DNA of 64,000 nt from Actinomycetes bacterium. Its GTDB lineage: Bacteria; Actinomycetota; Actinomycetes; Actinomycetales; Cellulomonadaceae. Below are positions 47,184-58,081 of this stretch, piece after piece. Location of the stretch: contig JAJYCD010000002.1 in assembly GCA_021778635.1 (NCBI GenBank), positions 13,970 to 77,969 on the forward strand, written 5' to 3'. The translations under genes were made by a program, and so were the position numbers. The notes under the pieces are model-generated. The model ran no database searches. It had not been told where the DNA came from and saw only the letters and a list, made by a program, of their open reading frames with translations. The stretch's first letter is position 1, and every line of letters begins with the position of its first letter.

Positions 47184-48113
47184 TCACATCCCGACCTGCG
47201 CCATCAGCGTGCCGACCTCTGTCTTGCCCAGCACGCGCGTGCGACCGGACTTGAGGTCGCCGAGCCGGATGGGCCCGATCTGCGTGCGCACCAGCTGCAT
47301 GACCGGATGCCCGACCTCGTCGAACAGACGTCGCACGATCCGGTTGCGGCCCTCGTGCAGGACGACCTCGACGAGCGACGCCTGGGGGGTCTGGTCGACC
47401 AGCTTGTAGGACGCGAAGCTCGCAGGACCGTCCTCGAGCTCGACGCCGCGCAGGAGTGCCTTCGCCGTCTGCGCCGAGACCCTGCCCTCGACGTGCGCCA
47501 GGTACGTCTTGGCGACCCCGTGCGACGGGTGCGACAGGCGGTTCGCCAGCTCGCCGTCGTTCGTGAGGAGGATCAGGCCCTCGGTGTCCGCGTCCAGGCG
47601 CCCGACGTGGAACAGCCGCTCCTCGCGGTTGGCGACGAACTGCGCGAGTGACGGGCGCCCCTCCGGGTCGTGCATCGTCGACACCACGCCCAGCGGCTTG
47701 TTCAGTGCGAGCGTGATCACCGTGGTGTCGAGCTGTATCCGGAGGCCGTCGAGGTGGATGACGGCGTGGGTCGGATCCACCCGAACTCCGAGCTCACGGA
47801 CCACGACGCCGTCGACCGTCACGCGCCCTGCCGTGATGAGGTCCTCGGCTGCCCGCCGGGAGCCGTACCCGGCGCTGGCGAGCACCTTCTGGAGCCGGAC
47901 GCCGTCTGGGTCGTGCACGTCCCGCGGCGGGACGGGCGGTCCCGAACGCGCAGGCGCAGCGCCGCGGCCGGTCGCGCGCGCGGCACGCGGTGCGCCCGCA
48001 CGACCACGGGTCGCGCCCGCGCCGCCGCGTCCGGATCCCTGCCCGGGACCACCACCGCGCCGGCCCCCCGCCCCCTGCCGGTCGCTGCTGGACCGTCCGC
48101 TGCTCTCGCTCAT
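47184..48113 (-). CDS. rluB: 23S rRNA pseudouridine synthase RluB family, with an Arg/Gly-rich N-terminal tail
   Basis: 309 aa. It has an S4 domain (RLQKVLASAGYGSRRAAEDLI) and the catalytic motif HVGRLDADTEGLILLTNDGE. Confidence 0.88.
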   Translation of the reverse strand: MSESSGRSSSDRQGAGGRRGGGPGQGSGRGGAGATRGRAGAPRAARATGRGAAPARSGPPVPPRDVHDPDGVRLQKVLASAGYGSRRAAEDLITAGRVTVDGVVVRELGVRVDPTHAVIHLDGLRIQLDTTVITLALNKPLGVVSTMHDPEGRPSLAQFVANREERLFHVGRLDADTEGLILLTNDGELANRLSHPSHGVAKTYLAHVEGRVSAQTAKALLRGVELEDGPASFASYKLVDQTPQASLVEVVLHEGRNRIVRRLFDEVGHPVMQLVRTQIGPIRLGDLKSGRTRVLGKTEVGTLMAQVGM

Positions 48114-48799
48114 CGCCTGTCTCCTTCTGCTGTGTCCACGCCGTCGAGCGCATCGATCTCGGGGAGGTACGGGGCCAGCGGCGGCAGCTCGTCGAGACTG
48201 CCCAGACCCATGCGCTCCAGGAAGTACCCGGTCGTGCCGTACAGCACCGCGCCGGTCGTCGCGTCCGTACCGACCTCGGCCACCAGCCCGCGCGTCGTGA
48301 GCGTCCGGACGACACCATCGACGTTCACCCCACGCACCCCGGACACCTGACCGCGCGTCACGGGCTGCCGGTAGGTGATCACCGCGAGCGTCTCGAGCGC
48401 AGCCTGCGTCAGCCGGGCGGACTGCCCGTCAAGAACGAATCGTCCCACGACGGCCGCGTAGGCGGGTGCCGAGTAGATCCGCCAGCCCGCGCCTACCTGC
48501 CGCAGCTCGAACCCGCGCGCGCGGCCGTTGGCTCCGTGGTAGTCGCTGACGAGCTCGGCGAGCAGGCGTTCGACCTCGGCGGTCGGGAGGGCCAGGACGG
48601 TGGCCAGCTGGACCGCCGACACCGGCTCGTCGGCGACCATGAGGACGGCCTCGAGCGCACCGAGAGCGCCGCCGGGGAGATCTGCCACGTCGAAGGCCAG
48701 CTCGTCCGGGACAGTGCCCTCCGCGACGCCGGAACCGGAATCCGCGGCTGGCCCCGCGCTGTCGAGCCCGCCAGTGACGTCGTCCGTGTCCTGCGTCAT
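48110..48799 (-). CDS. scpB: SMC-Scp complex subunit ScpB
   Basis: 229 aa from ATG 48799 (ATGA overlap with scpA). Motifs: LEAVLMVADEPVS, SARLTQAALETLAVITYRQPVTRGQVSGVRGV. The upstream part of the track ORF is out-of-gene read-through. Confidence 0.88.
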   Translation of the reverse strand: MTQDTDDVTGGLDSAGPAADSGSGVAEGTVPDELAFDVADLPGGALGALEAVLMVADEPVSAVQLATVLALPTAEVERLLAELVSDYHGANGRARGFELRQVGAGWRIYSAPAYAAVVGRFVLDGQSARLTQAALETLAVITYRQPVTRGQVSGVRGVNVDGVVRTLTTRGLVAEVGTDATTGAVLYGTTGYFLERMGLGSLDELPPLAPYLPEIDALDGVDTAEGDRR

Positions 48800-49686
48800 T
48801 CGGTCCCATCCTCCTCGTCGAAGTCGTCGGAGACGACCACGTCGCCGTCGTCCGCGCCCATCCACCGCACCGTGAGCTCCCCGAGCGGGACCATCTGGTC
48901 GAACGAGACGACGCCCTCGCGGAACAGCTCGAGCAGCGCGAGGAACCGGGCGACGACGACGAGCGTCGACCCGGCGTCGGCCGTCAGCGCGCGGAACGAC
49001 GCGGCAGTCGTGTGCCGCAGCCGGTCGACCAGCAGCGCGGCCTGCTCGCGAACGCTCACGGTCGTGGCATGCAGGTGACTCAGGTCGACCCCGGGCGGCA
49101 GCGGCTTCGGCGCGACGGCCTTCGCGGCGAGCTCCGCCAGCTGAGCGGGACCGAGGTTCCACACGAGCTCCGGCAGCAGCGCAGCGAGCTGGGGCTCGAG
49201 CGCGACGGCCCGCGGGAATCGTCGTCCCTCGCTCGCGAGCTTCTCTGCGATCGCAGCCGCGACCTCCTTGAACGCCCGGTACTGCAGCAACCGTGCGAAC
49301 AGCAGGTCTCGCGCCTCGAGGAGCTCGAGGTCCTCGGCATCCTCCACGTCTCCGGACGGCAGGAGCCGTGCCGCCTTGAGGTCGAGCAGCGTGGCCGCGA
49401 CCACCAGGAACTCGCTCGCCTGGCCCAGGTCCCACCCCGAGCGCCCGTCCGAGGTCGTCCCCGCCGCGCGGATGTACGCGATGAACTCGTCGGTCACCTG
49501 CCCGAGTGCGACCTCGGTGATGTCCAGCTTGTGCTTGGTGATCAGCCCCAGGAGCAGGTCGAAAGGACCCGTGAAGTTCGCGAGGTGGACCGAGAAGCCG
49601 GTGCTGCCGACCGGCGGGAGCGCGGTGTCGGTCTCGTCTGCAGGGGTCGTCGACGCCACGGGGGCGGCGTCAGGCCGCGTCGCCAC
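48796..49686 (-). CDS. scpA: segregation and condensation protein A
   Basis: 296 aa with the motif FSVHLANFTGPFDLLLGLITKHKLDITEVALGQVTDEF. Confidence 0.88.
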   Translation of the reverse strand: MATRPDAAPVASTTPADETDTALPPVGSTGFSVHLANFTGPFDLLLGLITKHKLDITEVALGQVTDEFIAYIRAAGTTSDGRSGWDLGQASEFLVVAATLLDLKAARLLPSGDVEDAEDLELLEARDLLFARLLQYRAFKEVAAAIAEKLASEGRRFPRAVALEPQLAALLPELVWNLGPAQLAELAAKAVAPKPLPPGVDLSHLHATTVSVREQAALLVDRLRHTTAASFRALTADAGSTLVVVARFLALLELFREGVVSFDQMVPLGELTVRWMGADDGDVVVSDDFDEEDGTE

Positions 49687-50551
49687 GAGAGATGAGCTCG
49701 CGGGCGAGCTGGCGATAGGCGACCGCGCCGGAGTGGGTCGGCGCGTAGGAGGTGATCGGCTCCGCCGCGACCGACGCGTCGGGGAACTTGACGGTGCGGC
49801 CGATGACGGTGTGCAGCAACGCCTCGCCGAAGGCCTCGTTCACGCGCGCAATCACCTCGCGCGAGTGCAGCGTCCGAGGGTCGTACATCGTCGCGACGAT
49901 GCCGTCGACCTGGAGCCGCGGGTTGAGGCGGTCCCGCACCTTCTCGATCGTCTCGACGAGCAGCGCGACACCCCGCAAGGCGAAGAACTCGCACTCGAGC
50001 GGGATCAGCACGCCGTGCGCCGCGGTCAACGCATTGACCGTCAGGAGCCCGAGCGAGGGCTGGCAGTCGACCAGGACCACGTCGTAGTCGTCGAGCACCG
50101 GGCGAAGCACACGCGCCAGGACCGACTCGCGTGCCACCTCCCCGACGAGCTGCACCTCGGCGGCCGAGAGGTCGATGTTCGCCGGCAGGACGTCGAGGTT
50201 CTCGAACGCCGTGCGGCGGATGACGTCCTGGATCGTCGCCCTGCGTTCCATCAGCAGGTTGTAGACCGTGAGGTCGAGCTCGTGGGCGCTGATCCCGAGC
50301 CCGACCGACGCCGCACCCTGCGGGTCGAAGTCCACGATCAGCACCCGGCGGCCGTACTCCGCCAGTGCCGCGCCCAGGTTGATCGTCGTCGTCGTCTTGC
50401 CGACGCCGCCCTTCTGGTTGCACATCGCGATCACGCGTGCTGGGCCGTGGGACGCGAGCGGCGACGGGTCAGGAAGCACCGGCATGGGGCGACCGACCGG
50501 GTCGAGGGCCTGGGGTGCCGTCGACGTCGCGTCGGGGGCGTTGCTGCTCAC
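49670..50551 (-). CDS. ParA/Soj-family ATPase
   Basis: 293 aa. It has the deviant Walker A NQKGGVGKTTTT and the motif LIVDFDPQG. It occupies the conserved xerD-parA-scpAB position. Confidence 0.9.
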   Translation of the reverse strand: MSSNAPDATSTAPQALDPVGRPMPVLPDPSPLASHGPARVIAMCNQKGGVGKTTTTINLGAALAEYGRRVLIVDFDPQGAASVGLGISAHELDLTVYNLLMERRATIQDVIRRTAFENLDVLPANIDLSAAEVQLVGEVARESVLARVLRPVLDDYDVVLVDCQPSLGLLTVNALTAAHGVLIPLECEFFALRGVALLVETIEKVRDRLNPRLQVDGIVATMYDPRTLHSREVIARVNEAFGEALLHTVIGRTVKFPDASVAAEPITSYAPTHSGAVAYRQLARELISRGDAA

Positions 50552-50629
50552 GCGGCCAACCTACCGCAGCAGGGCTCCGTGACCCGGCACCCGAGCGGGC
50601 GTGGATGCGCCGCTGCCCGCTCGACCCAG

Positions 50630-51571
50630 CTAGCCCAACGCGCGCGGATGGGACGCTGCGTAGACCTCGCGGAGCGTGTCGACCGTGACCTGCGTGTAGA
50701 TCTGAGTGGTGGTCACCGACGCGTGGCCGAGCAGCTCCTGGACGACCCGGACGTCGGCGCCGCCGGCGAGGAGATGCGTCGCGAACGAGTGTCGGAGCGT
50801 GTGGGGCGAGACGTGCGAGGCGACCGGGAGACCGGCGCGGACCGCGGCCGCTCGGAGCACCGCCCACGCGCTCTGCCGGGTGAGCCGTGCCCCGCGCGTG
50901 TTGAGGAAGAGCGCCGGCGTTCCTCGGCCTCCGACGGCGAGGGCGGGTCGGGCGCGCACCAGGTAGACCTCGACGGCCTGCACCGCGAACGACCCGACCG
51001 GCACCACCCGCTCCTTGCCACCCTTCCCGAGCAACCGGACCGATGCGCGATCGGGATCGAGGTCGAGGTCGTCGACGTCGAGGCCGACCGCCTCGGAGAT
51101 GCGCGCACCGGTCGAGTAGAGCAGCTCCAGGAGTGCCCGGTCCCGGAGCGGAACAGGTCCGTCCCCGACGCTCGCCGCCTCGAGGAGGCGCTCGACCTCG
51201 TCGGTGGAGATCGCCTTCGGGAGCCGCCGCGGCTGGCTCGGCGGATGCACCGACCGGGAGGCGTCCTCGGCGACGAGCCCCTCGCGTGCACAGAAGCGGT
51301 GCCAGCCGCGAACGGCGACGACCGCCCGCGCCGCCGAGGACGCCGAGAGCACCGCAGCCCCGTCGGAACCTGTCCGCAGGACCAGGACGAAGTCCTCGAC
51401 ATCCCGCTCGGTCACCTCGGTCGGGTTCGCACGACCCGCGGTGTCGAGGTAGCCGAGATACCGGGTCAGGTCCCGGCGGTACGCATCGACCGTGTTGGGC
51501 GCGAGCCCACGCTCGACGGAGAGGTGGGCGAGGTAGTCCCGCGCGGCGTCCTCCAGCAGGTTGCGCGTCAC
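50630..51571 (-). CDS. xerD: site-specific tyrosine recombinase XerD
   Basis: 313 aa. Motifs: [22 protein letters not shown] and [14 protein letters not shown] (the R..HxxR..Y catalytic set). The synteny is as in other actinobacteria. Confidence 0.88.
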   Translation of the reverse strand: MTRNLLEDAARDYLAHLSVERGLAPNTVDAYRRDLTRYLGYLDTAGRANPTEVTERDVEDFVLVLRTGSDGAAVLSASSAARAVVAVRGWHRFCAREGLVAEDASRSVHPPSQPRRLPKAISTDEVERLLEAASVGDGPVPLRDRALLELLYSTGARISEAVGLDVDDLDLDPDRASVRLLGKGGKERVVPVGSFAVQAVEVYLVRARPALAVGGRGTPALFLNTRGARLTRQSAWAVLRAAAVRAGLPVASHVSPHTLRHSFATHLLAGGADVRVVQELLGHASVTTTQIYTQVTVDTLREVYAASHPRALG

Positions 51572-51599
51572 ACCGGGTCTCTCGGGTCGGAACGCCGGG

Positions 51600-52622
51600 T
51601 CAGAACGGAAGGAAGACGTCCACCGCGATCGCGACGGACAGCAGGGTGAGGTACGTGATCGACGCGTGGAACACCTTCATTGCGCCGAGCTTGCCACGCG
51701 ACGGGTCCTGCGCGCGGCGCAGCAGCCCGACGCAGGCGCTCAGGAACCACAGCCCGAGCGCGAGCGCGACGACTCCGTACACCCACGTCATCCCGGCCAC
51801 CGGCACCAGGGCGAGCGAGCAGGCGACCATCGCGACCGCGTAGGCGATCATCTCGCGGGCGACCTTGGTGTCGGCCGCGACGACGGGAAGCATCGGGACG
51901 CGCGCGTTGGCGTAGTCGCGTCGGAACTTCATCGACAACGGCCAGTAGTGGGGAGGCGTCCAGAAGAAGATCACGCCGAACAGCACCACCGGCGCCCAGC
52001 CGATCCCGCCCGTCACGGCCGACCAGCCGATCAGCACCGGCATGCAACCGGCCGCGCCGCCCCAGACGATGTTCTGCGGGGTCCGCCGCTTGAGGATCAT
52101 CGTGTAGCCGACGACGTAGATCGTGATGGCCGCGAAGGTGAGCCACGCCGACGCGGCGTTGACGAGCAGCGCGAACCACACGAGCGACGCGATCGCCAGC
52201 ACGAAGCCGAAGATCAGCGCGTTCCGCGGTGACACCTCCCCCGTGACGAGCGGACGGCGTTTGGTGCGGTTCATCACCTCGTCGATGTCACGGTCCAGGT
52301 AGCAGTTCAGGACCCCGGAGGCGCCCGCCGCGCCCGCGCCCCCCACCATCGTCGCCAGGACGAGTCCGATCGGCGGGAACCCGCGCTGCGCCAGGATCAT
52401 CGTCGGCAGCGTCGTGACGAGCAGCAGCTCGATCACCCGCGGCTTGGTGAGAGCGACGTAGGAGCCGACGACCTGCCGGGTGCGGAACCACCCGCGCGCG
52501 ATCGCGGACGCGCGTCCGTCGGCGGGCGCGCGTACTGCCTGGGGCAGGTCGCTCGGCGATCGAGGGTCAACGAGCACGATCGGGCTGCTGGTGCGCACGC
52601 GAAGGGCACTTCCGTTCGTCAT
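51600..52622 (-). CDS. ctaB: protoheme IX farnesyltransferase (heme O synthase)
   Basis: 340 aa from ATG 52622. Motifs: [14 protein letters not shown] and the UbiA-type [20 protein letters not shown]. It is divergent from tkt, as in other actinobacteria. Confidence 0.88.
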   Translation of the reverse strand: MTNGSALRVRTSSPIVLVDPRSPSDLPQAVRAPADGRASAIARGWFRTRQVVGSYVALTKPRVIELLLVTTLPTMILAQRGFPPIGLVLATMVGGAGAAGASGVLNCYLDRDIDEVMNRTKRRPLVTGEVSPRNALIFGFVLAIASLVWFALLVNAASAWLTFAAITIYVVGYTMILKRRTPQNIVWGGAAGCMPVLIGWSAVTGGIGWAPVVLFGVIFFWTPPHYWPLSMKFRRDYANARVPMLPVVAADTKVAREMIAYAVAMVACSLALVPVAGMTWVYGVVALALGLWFLSACVGLLRRAQDPSRGKLGAMKVFHASITYLTLLSVAIAVDVFLPF

Positions 52623-52972
52623 CCGGGCCGATGCCGCCGGCGCGTCAGACGCGCCCGCGGCCTGGGTCGTCGAGCAGCATCGTACGGCGCTTCCGTCCGA
52701 AAGCACCCGAGGCCTAGCCGAACGAGCGGGTTCCGGAGTGTGACCTTGGTCCCGAATTGGCCTCGGATTGCCCCACGACGCGCTCGATTCGGGTGCCGCC
52801 CGTCCGAGGTCCGGTCGGCGCTGCATGCCTCTGGGTGCGCGTATAGGCTCGCTCGGGGCGGAGAGCGGCGTTCACCACGCGGCCGCAGCCCCGGGCGGAC
52901 TCCACCACGGAGGCGTCGGACGCGATTCAGGCGAGGTCCCGGGACCGGACTCCCGGGCGGGAATGAGGTTCG

Positions 52973-55078
52973 GTGAACGTGCAAGCCCCCAAGGCGACGA
53001 CGGTCGGTTGGAACGAGCTCGACCGACGTGCTGTCGACACCATTCGTGTCCTGGCAGCCGACGCGGTCGAGAAGGTCGGCAACGGCCACCCCGGCACCGC
53101 CATCAGCCTTGCGCCGGTCGCCTACCTGCTCTACCAGCGCACGATGCGTCTGGATCCGGCCGACCCGACCTGGATCGGACGCGACCGGTTCGTGCTCTCG
53201 TGCGGCCACTCGAGCCTCACGCAGTACATCCAGCTGTACCTGTCCGGCTACGGGCTCGAGCTCAGCGACCTGGAGGCACTGCGCACCTGGGGGTCCCTGA
53301 CCCCGGGCCACCCCGAGCACGGGCACACGGCGGGTGTCGAGATCACGACGGGGCCGCTCGGGCAGGGGATCGCGAGTGCTGTCGGCATGGCCATGGCCGC
53401 GCGCCGCGAGCGAGGCCTGTTCGATCCCGAGGCCGAGGCAGGTACCAGCCCGTTCGACCACACCGTGTACGTGCTCGCCTCCGACGGCGACCTCCAGGAG
53501 GGGGTCTCCGGCGAGGCGTCCTCGATCGCCGGGACCCAGAAGCTCGGCAACCTCGTCGTGATCTGGGACGACAACCACATCTCGATCGAGGGCGACACGG
53601 ACATCGCGTTCACCGAGGACGTCGTTGCCCGGTACGCGGCGTACGGCTGGCACGTCCAGCTGATCGACTGGACCGCCGGGCCCGACGGCTACGTCGAGGA
53701 CGTCGATGCCCTCGACGCCGCCATCGCTGCGGCGGTCGCCCAGACCAGCAAGCCCTCGTTCATCGCGCTGCGGACGATCATCGCCTGGCCCTCGCCGACC
53801 AAGCAGAACACGCACGGCTCGCACGGCTCGAAGCTCGGGACCGCGGAGGTCCGCGGGCTCAAGGAGGTTCTCGGTTTCGACCCCGAGACGTCGTTCGACG
53901 TCGACGCCGAGGTGCTGGCCCACGCACGCGAGGTCGCAGCCCGCGGAGCTGCGGCCCGTGCCGAGTGGGAGGTCGGGTACCAGGCGTGGCGCAGCGCCAA
54001 CCCGGATCGGGCCGCACTGCTCGACCGCATGCAGGCGCGCGCCCTGCCCACCGGGTGGGAGTCGGCGCTCCCGACGTTCGCAGCCGGCACATCCGTCGCG
54101 ACGCGTGCGGCCTCCGGCGAGATCCTGAGCGCGGTCGCGGACGTGCTCCCCGAGCTGTGGGGCGGGTCGGCGGACCTCGCCGGGTCGAACAACACGACGA
54201 TGAAGGGTCAGCCCTCGTTCATCCCGGCCGAACGGTCGACGCACGAGTTCGCCGGCGACGAGTACGGCCGGACCCTGCACTTCGGCATCCGCGAGCACGC
54301 GATGGGCGCGATCCTCTCCGGCATCGCCCTGCACGGCCCGACCCGGCCGTACGGTGGCACGTTCTTCACGTTCAGCGACTACATGCGCGGATCGGTACGA
54401 CTGGCCTCGCTCATGGGTGTTCCCGTGACGTACGTGTGGACCCACGACTCGATCGGACTCGGTGAGGACGGGCCCACGCACCAGCCGATCGAGCACCTGG
54501 CCGCGGTGCGCGCGATCCCCGGACTGTCGATCGTGCGGCCTGCCGATGCGAACGAGACCGTGGCTGCCTGGAGGGCGATCCTCGAACGCGACTCCGGTCC
54601 CGTCGGACTGATCCTCACGCGTCAGAACGTCCCGACCTTCCCGCGTGGCGAGGACGGCTTCGCCTCGGCCGAGGGCCTGTCGAAGGGCGCGTACGTGCTG
54701 CTCGAGTCGAGCACCCCCGTGCCCGACGTGATCATCCTGGCGACCGGTTCCGAGGTGCAGCTCGCCGTAGCGGCGCGCACCACCCTCGAGGCCGAGGGCA
54801 TCGGGACGCGCGTCGTCTCTGCCCCGTGTCTCGAGTGGTTCGCCGAGCAGGACGAGGCCTACCAGGAGTCCGTGCTCCCTCATGCGGTCAAGGCTCGCGT
54901 CTCGGTGGAGGCGGGTCTCGCACTGAGCTGGTACCGCCTGCTCGGCGACGCCGGTCGCGCGGTGTCCCTCGAGCACTACGGCGCCTCGGCCGACGCCGAC
55001 CGCCTGTTCCAGGAGTTCGGCATCACCGCCGAGGCGGTCGAGGCGGCCGCCCGCGAGTCCCTCGCGGCCGCTCGGTAG
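52973..55078 (+). CDS. tkt: transketolase
   Basis: 701 aa. Motifs: [32 protein letters not shown] and [12 protein letters not shown]. Confidence 0.95.
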   Translation: MNVQAPKATTVGWNELDRRAVDTIRVLAADAVEKVGNGHPGTAISLAPVAYLLYQRTMRLDPADPTWIGRDRFVLSCGHSSLTQYIQLYLSGYGLELSDLEALRTWGSLTPGHPEHGHTAGVEITTGPLGQGIASAVGMAMAARRERGLFDPEAEAGTSPFDHTVYVLASDGDLQEGVSGEASSIAGTQKLGNLVVIWDDNHISIEGDTDIAFTEDVVARYAAYGWHVQLIDWTAGPDGYVEDVDALDAAIAAAVAQTSKPSFIALRTIIAWPSPTKQNTHGSHGSKLGTAEVRGLKEVLGFDPETSFDVDAEVLAHAREVAARGAAARAEWEVGYQAWRSANPDRAALLDRMQARALPTGWESALPTFAAGTSVATRAASGEILSAVADVLPELWGGSADLAGSNNTTMKGQPSFIPAERSTHEFAGDEYGRTLHFGIREHAMGAILSGIALHGPTRPYGGTFFTFSDYMRGSVRLASLMGVPVTYVWTHDSIGLGEDGPTHQPIEHLAAVRAIPGLSIVRPADANETVAAWRAILERDSGPVGLILTRQNVPTFPRGEDGFASAEGLSKGAYVLLESSTPVPDVIILATGSEVQLAVAARTTLEAEGIGTRVVSAPCLEWFAEQDEAYQESVLPHAVKARVSVEAGLALSWYRLLGDAGRAVSLEHYGASADADRLFQEFGITAEAVEAAARESLAAAR

Positions 55079-55099
55079 TCCCCGCTTCATCGACGCAGC

Positions 55100-55129
55100 G
55101 CTGTGCCGGACCACCAGGTCCGGCACAGC
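55100..55129 (+). terminator. 13-bp perfect hairpin between tkt and tal (attenuator or processing/stability element candidate)
   Basis: gctgtgccggacc-acca-ggtccggcacagc, 22 nt after the tkt stop and 59 nt before the tal ATG. There is no U-tract. Confidence 0.4.
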
Positions 55130-55187
55130 CTCGTCGGTCAGACTGCACCTCAGCGCTGTACCTGTCACCGAGCACGGGAGGAACACC

Positions 55188-56321
55188 ATGAACTCGACCG
55201 CCCCATCTCCGCTCGATCGACTCGCCGCTGCCGGGGTGGCGATCTGGCTGGACGATCTCTCACGCGAACGCCTGCGCACCGGGAACCTCGCCGAGCTGGT
55301 GCAGACCCGGCACGTCGTCGGGGTGACCACGAACCCCACCATCTTCGCGTCGGCGCTCGGCTCGGGAGATGCGTACGACGCGCAGCTCCGCGACCTCGCC
55401 GACGTCGGGGTCGGTGTCGACGAGGCCGTCTTCACGATCACGACCGACGACGTCCGCGAGGCGTGCGACGTCCTACGACCGGTTTACGACGCGACCGGAA
55501 CCGTCGACGGCCGCGTGTCGATCGAGGTCGACCCTCGGCTCGCACGCGACACCGACGCCACCATCGCGATGGCACGCCGCCTGTGGGCGACGGTCGACCG
55601 CCCGAACCTGTTCATCAAGATCCCGGCGACGGTCGAGGGTCTTCCGGCCATCTCGACGGTGCTCGCCGAGGGCATCAGTGTCAACGTCACGCTGATCTTC
55701 TCGATCGAGCGGTACCGCGCCGTCGTCGACGCATTCATGTCCGGCCTGGAATCGGCGCGGGCGGCCGGTCGCGACCTCGGGCCGATCGCGTCCGTCGCAT
55801 CGTTCTTCGTCTCGCGCGTCGACTCCGCGATCGATCCGCGTCTCGACGCGCTCGGCACCCCCAAGGCGGCACGACTCCGCGGGCGGGCAGCCGTCGCGAA
55901 CGCCCGCCTCGCGTACCAGGCCTTCGAGGACAGCCTCGCCACCGAGCGTTGGCACTCGCTGGCGTCGAGCGGCGCGCGACCGCAGCGCCCGCTCTGGGCG
56001 TCGACCGGCGTGAAGGACCCCGCTTACCCCGACACGCTCTACGTCGACGAGCTCGTCGTCGATCGGGTCGTGAACACGATGCCGGCGGCGACCCTCGAGG
56101 CCGTGGCGGACCACGGCGCGGTCGCCTCTCCCGACTCCGTGACGGGCGCGTACGCGGAGTCGGCCGATCTCTTGCACGCGTTGTCGACCCTGGGCATCTC
56201 GATCGACGAGGTCACCGCACACCTCGAGGTCGACGGGGTCGCGAAGTTCGAGGCGAGCTGGGAGCAGCTGCTCTCGACGGTCTCCGCCGGACTCCACCAG
56301 CACACGTCGGCGTCGCAGTAG
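55188..56321 (+). CDS. tal: transaldolase (long actinobacterial type)
   Basis: 377 aa with GGGAGG upstream. Motifs: [29 protein letters not shown] and NVTLIFS. Confidence 0.93.
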   Translation: MNSTAPSPLDRLAAAGVAIWLDDLSRERLRTGNLAELVQTRHVVGVTTNPTIFASALGSGDAYDAQLRDLADVGVGVDEAVFTITTDDVREACDVLRPVYDATGTVDGRVSIEVDPRLARDTDATIAMARRLWATVDRPNLFIKIPATVEGLPAISTVLAEGISVNVTLIFSIERYRAVVDAFMSGLESARAAGRDLGPIASVASFFVSRVDSAIDPRLDALGTPKAARLRGRAAVANARLAYQAFEDSLATERWHSLASSGARPQRPLWASTGVKDPAYPDTLYVDELVVDRVVNTMPAATLEAVADHGAVASPDSVTGAYAESADLLHALSTLGISIDEVTAHLEVDGVAKFEASWEQLLSTVSAGLHQHTSASQ

Positions 56322-56393
56322 GACGTCCGCCACCCCCCGTGGTCGCCGTCCCACCCACGTCGCGTCACACCTCCGCCCGTCCACCCTCCCGCC

Positions 56394-56425
56394 CTCACCC
56401 TGCACCGCCCTCGCCCTGCACCGCC
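56394..56425. repeat. 16-nt tandem duplication (ctcaccctgcaccgcc / ctcgccctgcaccgcc) within a C-rich, G-poor tal-zwf spacer
   Basis: Read directly from the sequence: one mismatch between the two units. It is followed by two copies of cgccgccgcgtct (56431-56443 and 56457-56469). Confidence 0.8.
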
Positions 56426-56490
56426 AGAGACGCCGCCGCGTCTGCACCAGCTGAGTCGCCGCCGCGTCTCACCGACCACCTGGACCACTC

Positions 56491-58032
56491 ATGAGCCCCA
56501 CGAAGATCAGCTCCGACCACAACCCGTTGCGCGACGCGCGCGATCGGCGGCTCCCGCGGATCGCCGGTCCGTGCGGACTCGTGATCTTCGGGGTCACCGG
56601 CGACCTCGCACGCAAGAAGCTGATGCCGGCGGTCTACGACCTCACCAACCGAGGGCTGCTCCCGCCAGGGTTTGCGCTCACCGGCTTCGCTCGGCGTGAC
56701 TGGGAGACGCAGGACTTCGCCCAGATCGTTCACGACTCGGTCAAGGAGCACGCGCGCACGCCCTTCCGGGAGGCGACCTGGCGACAGCTCGCCGAGGGGA
56801 TCCGGTTCGTGCAGGGCAGCTTCGACGACCCCGAGGCCTTCGAGAGGCTGAGCGCCACCGTCCACGAGCTCGACGAGAAGCGCGGGACAGGAGGCAACCA
56901 CGCGTTCTACCTGTCCGTGCCGCCGAGCGCCTTCCCTCTCGTGTGCCGGCAGCTCGCATCGTCCGGGCTGTCCCAGCCGCAGGAGAAGACGTGGCGCCGC
57001 GTCGTGATCGAGAAGCCCTTCGGTCACGACCTGCAGAGCGCGAACGAGCTGAACGATGTGGTGTCGGAGGTCTTTCCGCCCGACTCCGTCTTCCGGATCG
57101 ACCACTACCTCGGCAAGGAGACGGTCCAGAACCTGCTGGCGCTCCGCTTCGCCAACCAGATGTTCGAGCCGATCTGGAACTCCAACTACGTCGACCACGT
57201 GCAGATCACCATGGCCGAGGACATCGGGATAGGTGGCCGTGCCGGGTACTACGACGGCATCGGCGCGGCCCGCGACGTGATCCAGAACCACCTGCTGCAG
57301 CTGCTTGCGCTCACGGCCATGGAGGAGCCCGTCTCGTTCGACCCGCGCGACCTCCGCGCCGAGAAGATCAAGGTGCTCTCGGCGGTGCGGGTGCCGAAGG
57401 ACCTCGCCCGCCACACGTCGCGCGGCCAGTACGTCTCGGGCTGGCAGGGCGGCGAGGAGGTCTGCGGGTATCTCGACGAGGACGGCATCCCGGCGAGCTC
57501 GACCACGGAGACGTTCGCGGCGATCCGCGTCGACATCGACACTCGCCGCTGGGCCGGTGTCCCGTTCTACCTGCGTACCGGCAAGCGCCTCGGCAGGCGG
57601 GTCACCGAGATCGCCGTCGTCTTCAAGCGCGCACCCCACCTGCCGTTCGAGTCGACCGCGACCGAAGAGCTCGGGAAGAACGCGCTCGTCATCCGGGTGC
57701 AGCCTGACGAGGGCGTGACGCTGCGGTTCGGCGCCAAGGTGCCCGGGACGGCGATGGAGGTGCGCGACGTGACGATGGACTTCGGCTACGGCCACGCGTT
57801 CACGGAGTCGTCCCCCGAGGCGTACGAGCGCCTCATCCTGGACGTCCTGCTCGGTGACCCGCCCTTGTTCCCTCGCCACGAGGAGGTTCAGCTCTCCTGG
57901 AAGATCCTCGACCCGGTCACGCAGTTCTGGGCCGCCAAGGGCAAGCCGGACGCCTATCGCTCGGGCACGTGGGGGCCCGAGTCCGCCGACGCGATGATCA
58001 CGCGCGACGGCCGCACCTGGCGACGGCCATGA
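56491..58032 (+). CDS. zwf: glucose-6-phosphate dehydrogenase
   Basis: 513 aa. Motifs: FGVTGDLARKKL, RIDHYLGKE, EKPFG and LRTGKRL. Confidence 0.95.
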   Translation: MSPTKISSDHNPLRDARDRRLPRIAGPCGLVIFGVTGDLARKKLMPAVYDLTNRGLLPPGFALTGFARRDWETQDFAQIVHDSVKEHARTPFREATWRQLAEGIRFVQGSFDDPEAFERLSATVHELDEKRGTGGNHAFYLSVPPSAFPLVCRQLASSGLSQPQEKTWRRVVIEKPFGHDLQSANELNDVVSEVFPPDSVFRIDHYLGKETVQNLLALRFANQMFEPIWNSNYVDHVQITMAEDIGIGGRAGYYDGIGAARDVIQNHLLQLLALTAMEEPVSFDPRDLRAEKIKVLSAVRVPKDLARHTSRGQYVSGWQGGEEVCGYLDEDGIPASSTTETFAAIRVDIDTRRWAGVPFYLRTGKRLGRRVTEIAVVFKRAPHLPFESTATEELGKNALVIRVQPDEGVTLRFGAKVPGTAMEVRDVTMDFGYGHAFTESSPEAYERLILDVLLGDPPLFPRHEEVQLSWKILDPVTQFWAAKGKPDAYRSGTWGPESADAMITRDGRTWRRP

Positions 58033-58081
58033 CCGCCCGCGCCACCCCGCTCGCCCCGCGTCTCGGATGGGAGACAGTCGC

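Noticed and set aside
52619-55441. 940-aa minus-strand ORF covering tkt, and 56395..58311 (638 aa) covering zwf.
   Set aside because: These are shadow ORFs opposite highly conserved pentose-phosphate genes, with a low-complexity Arg/Gly/Pro-rich translation.
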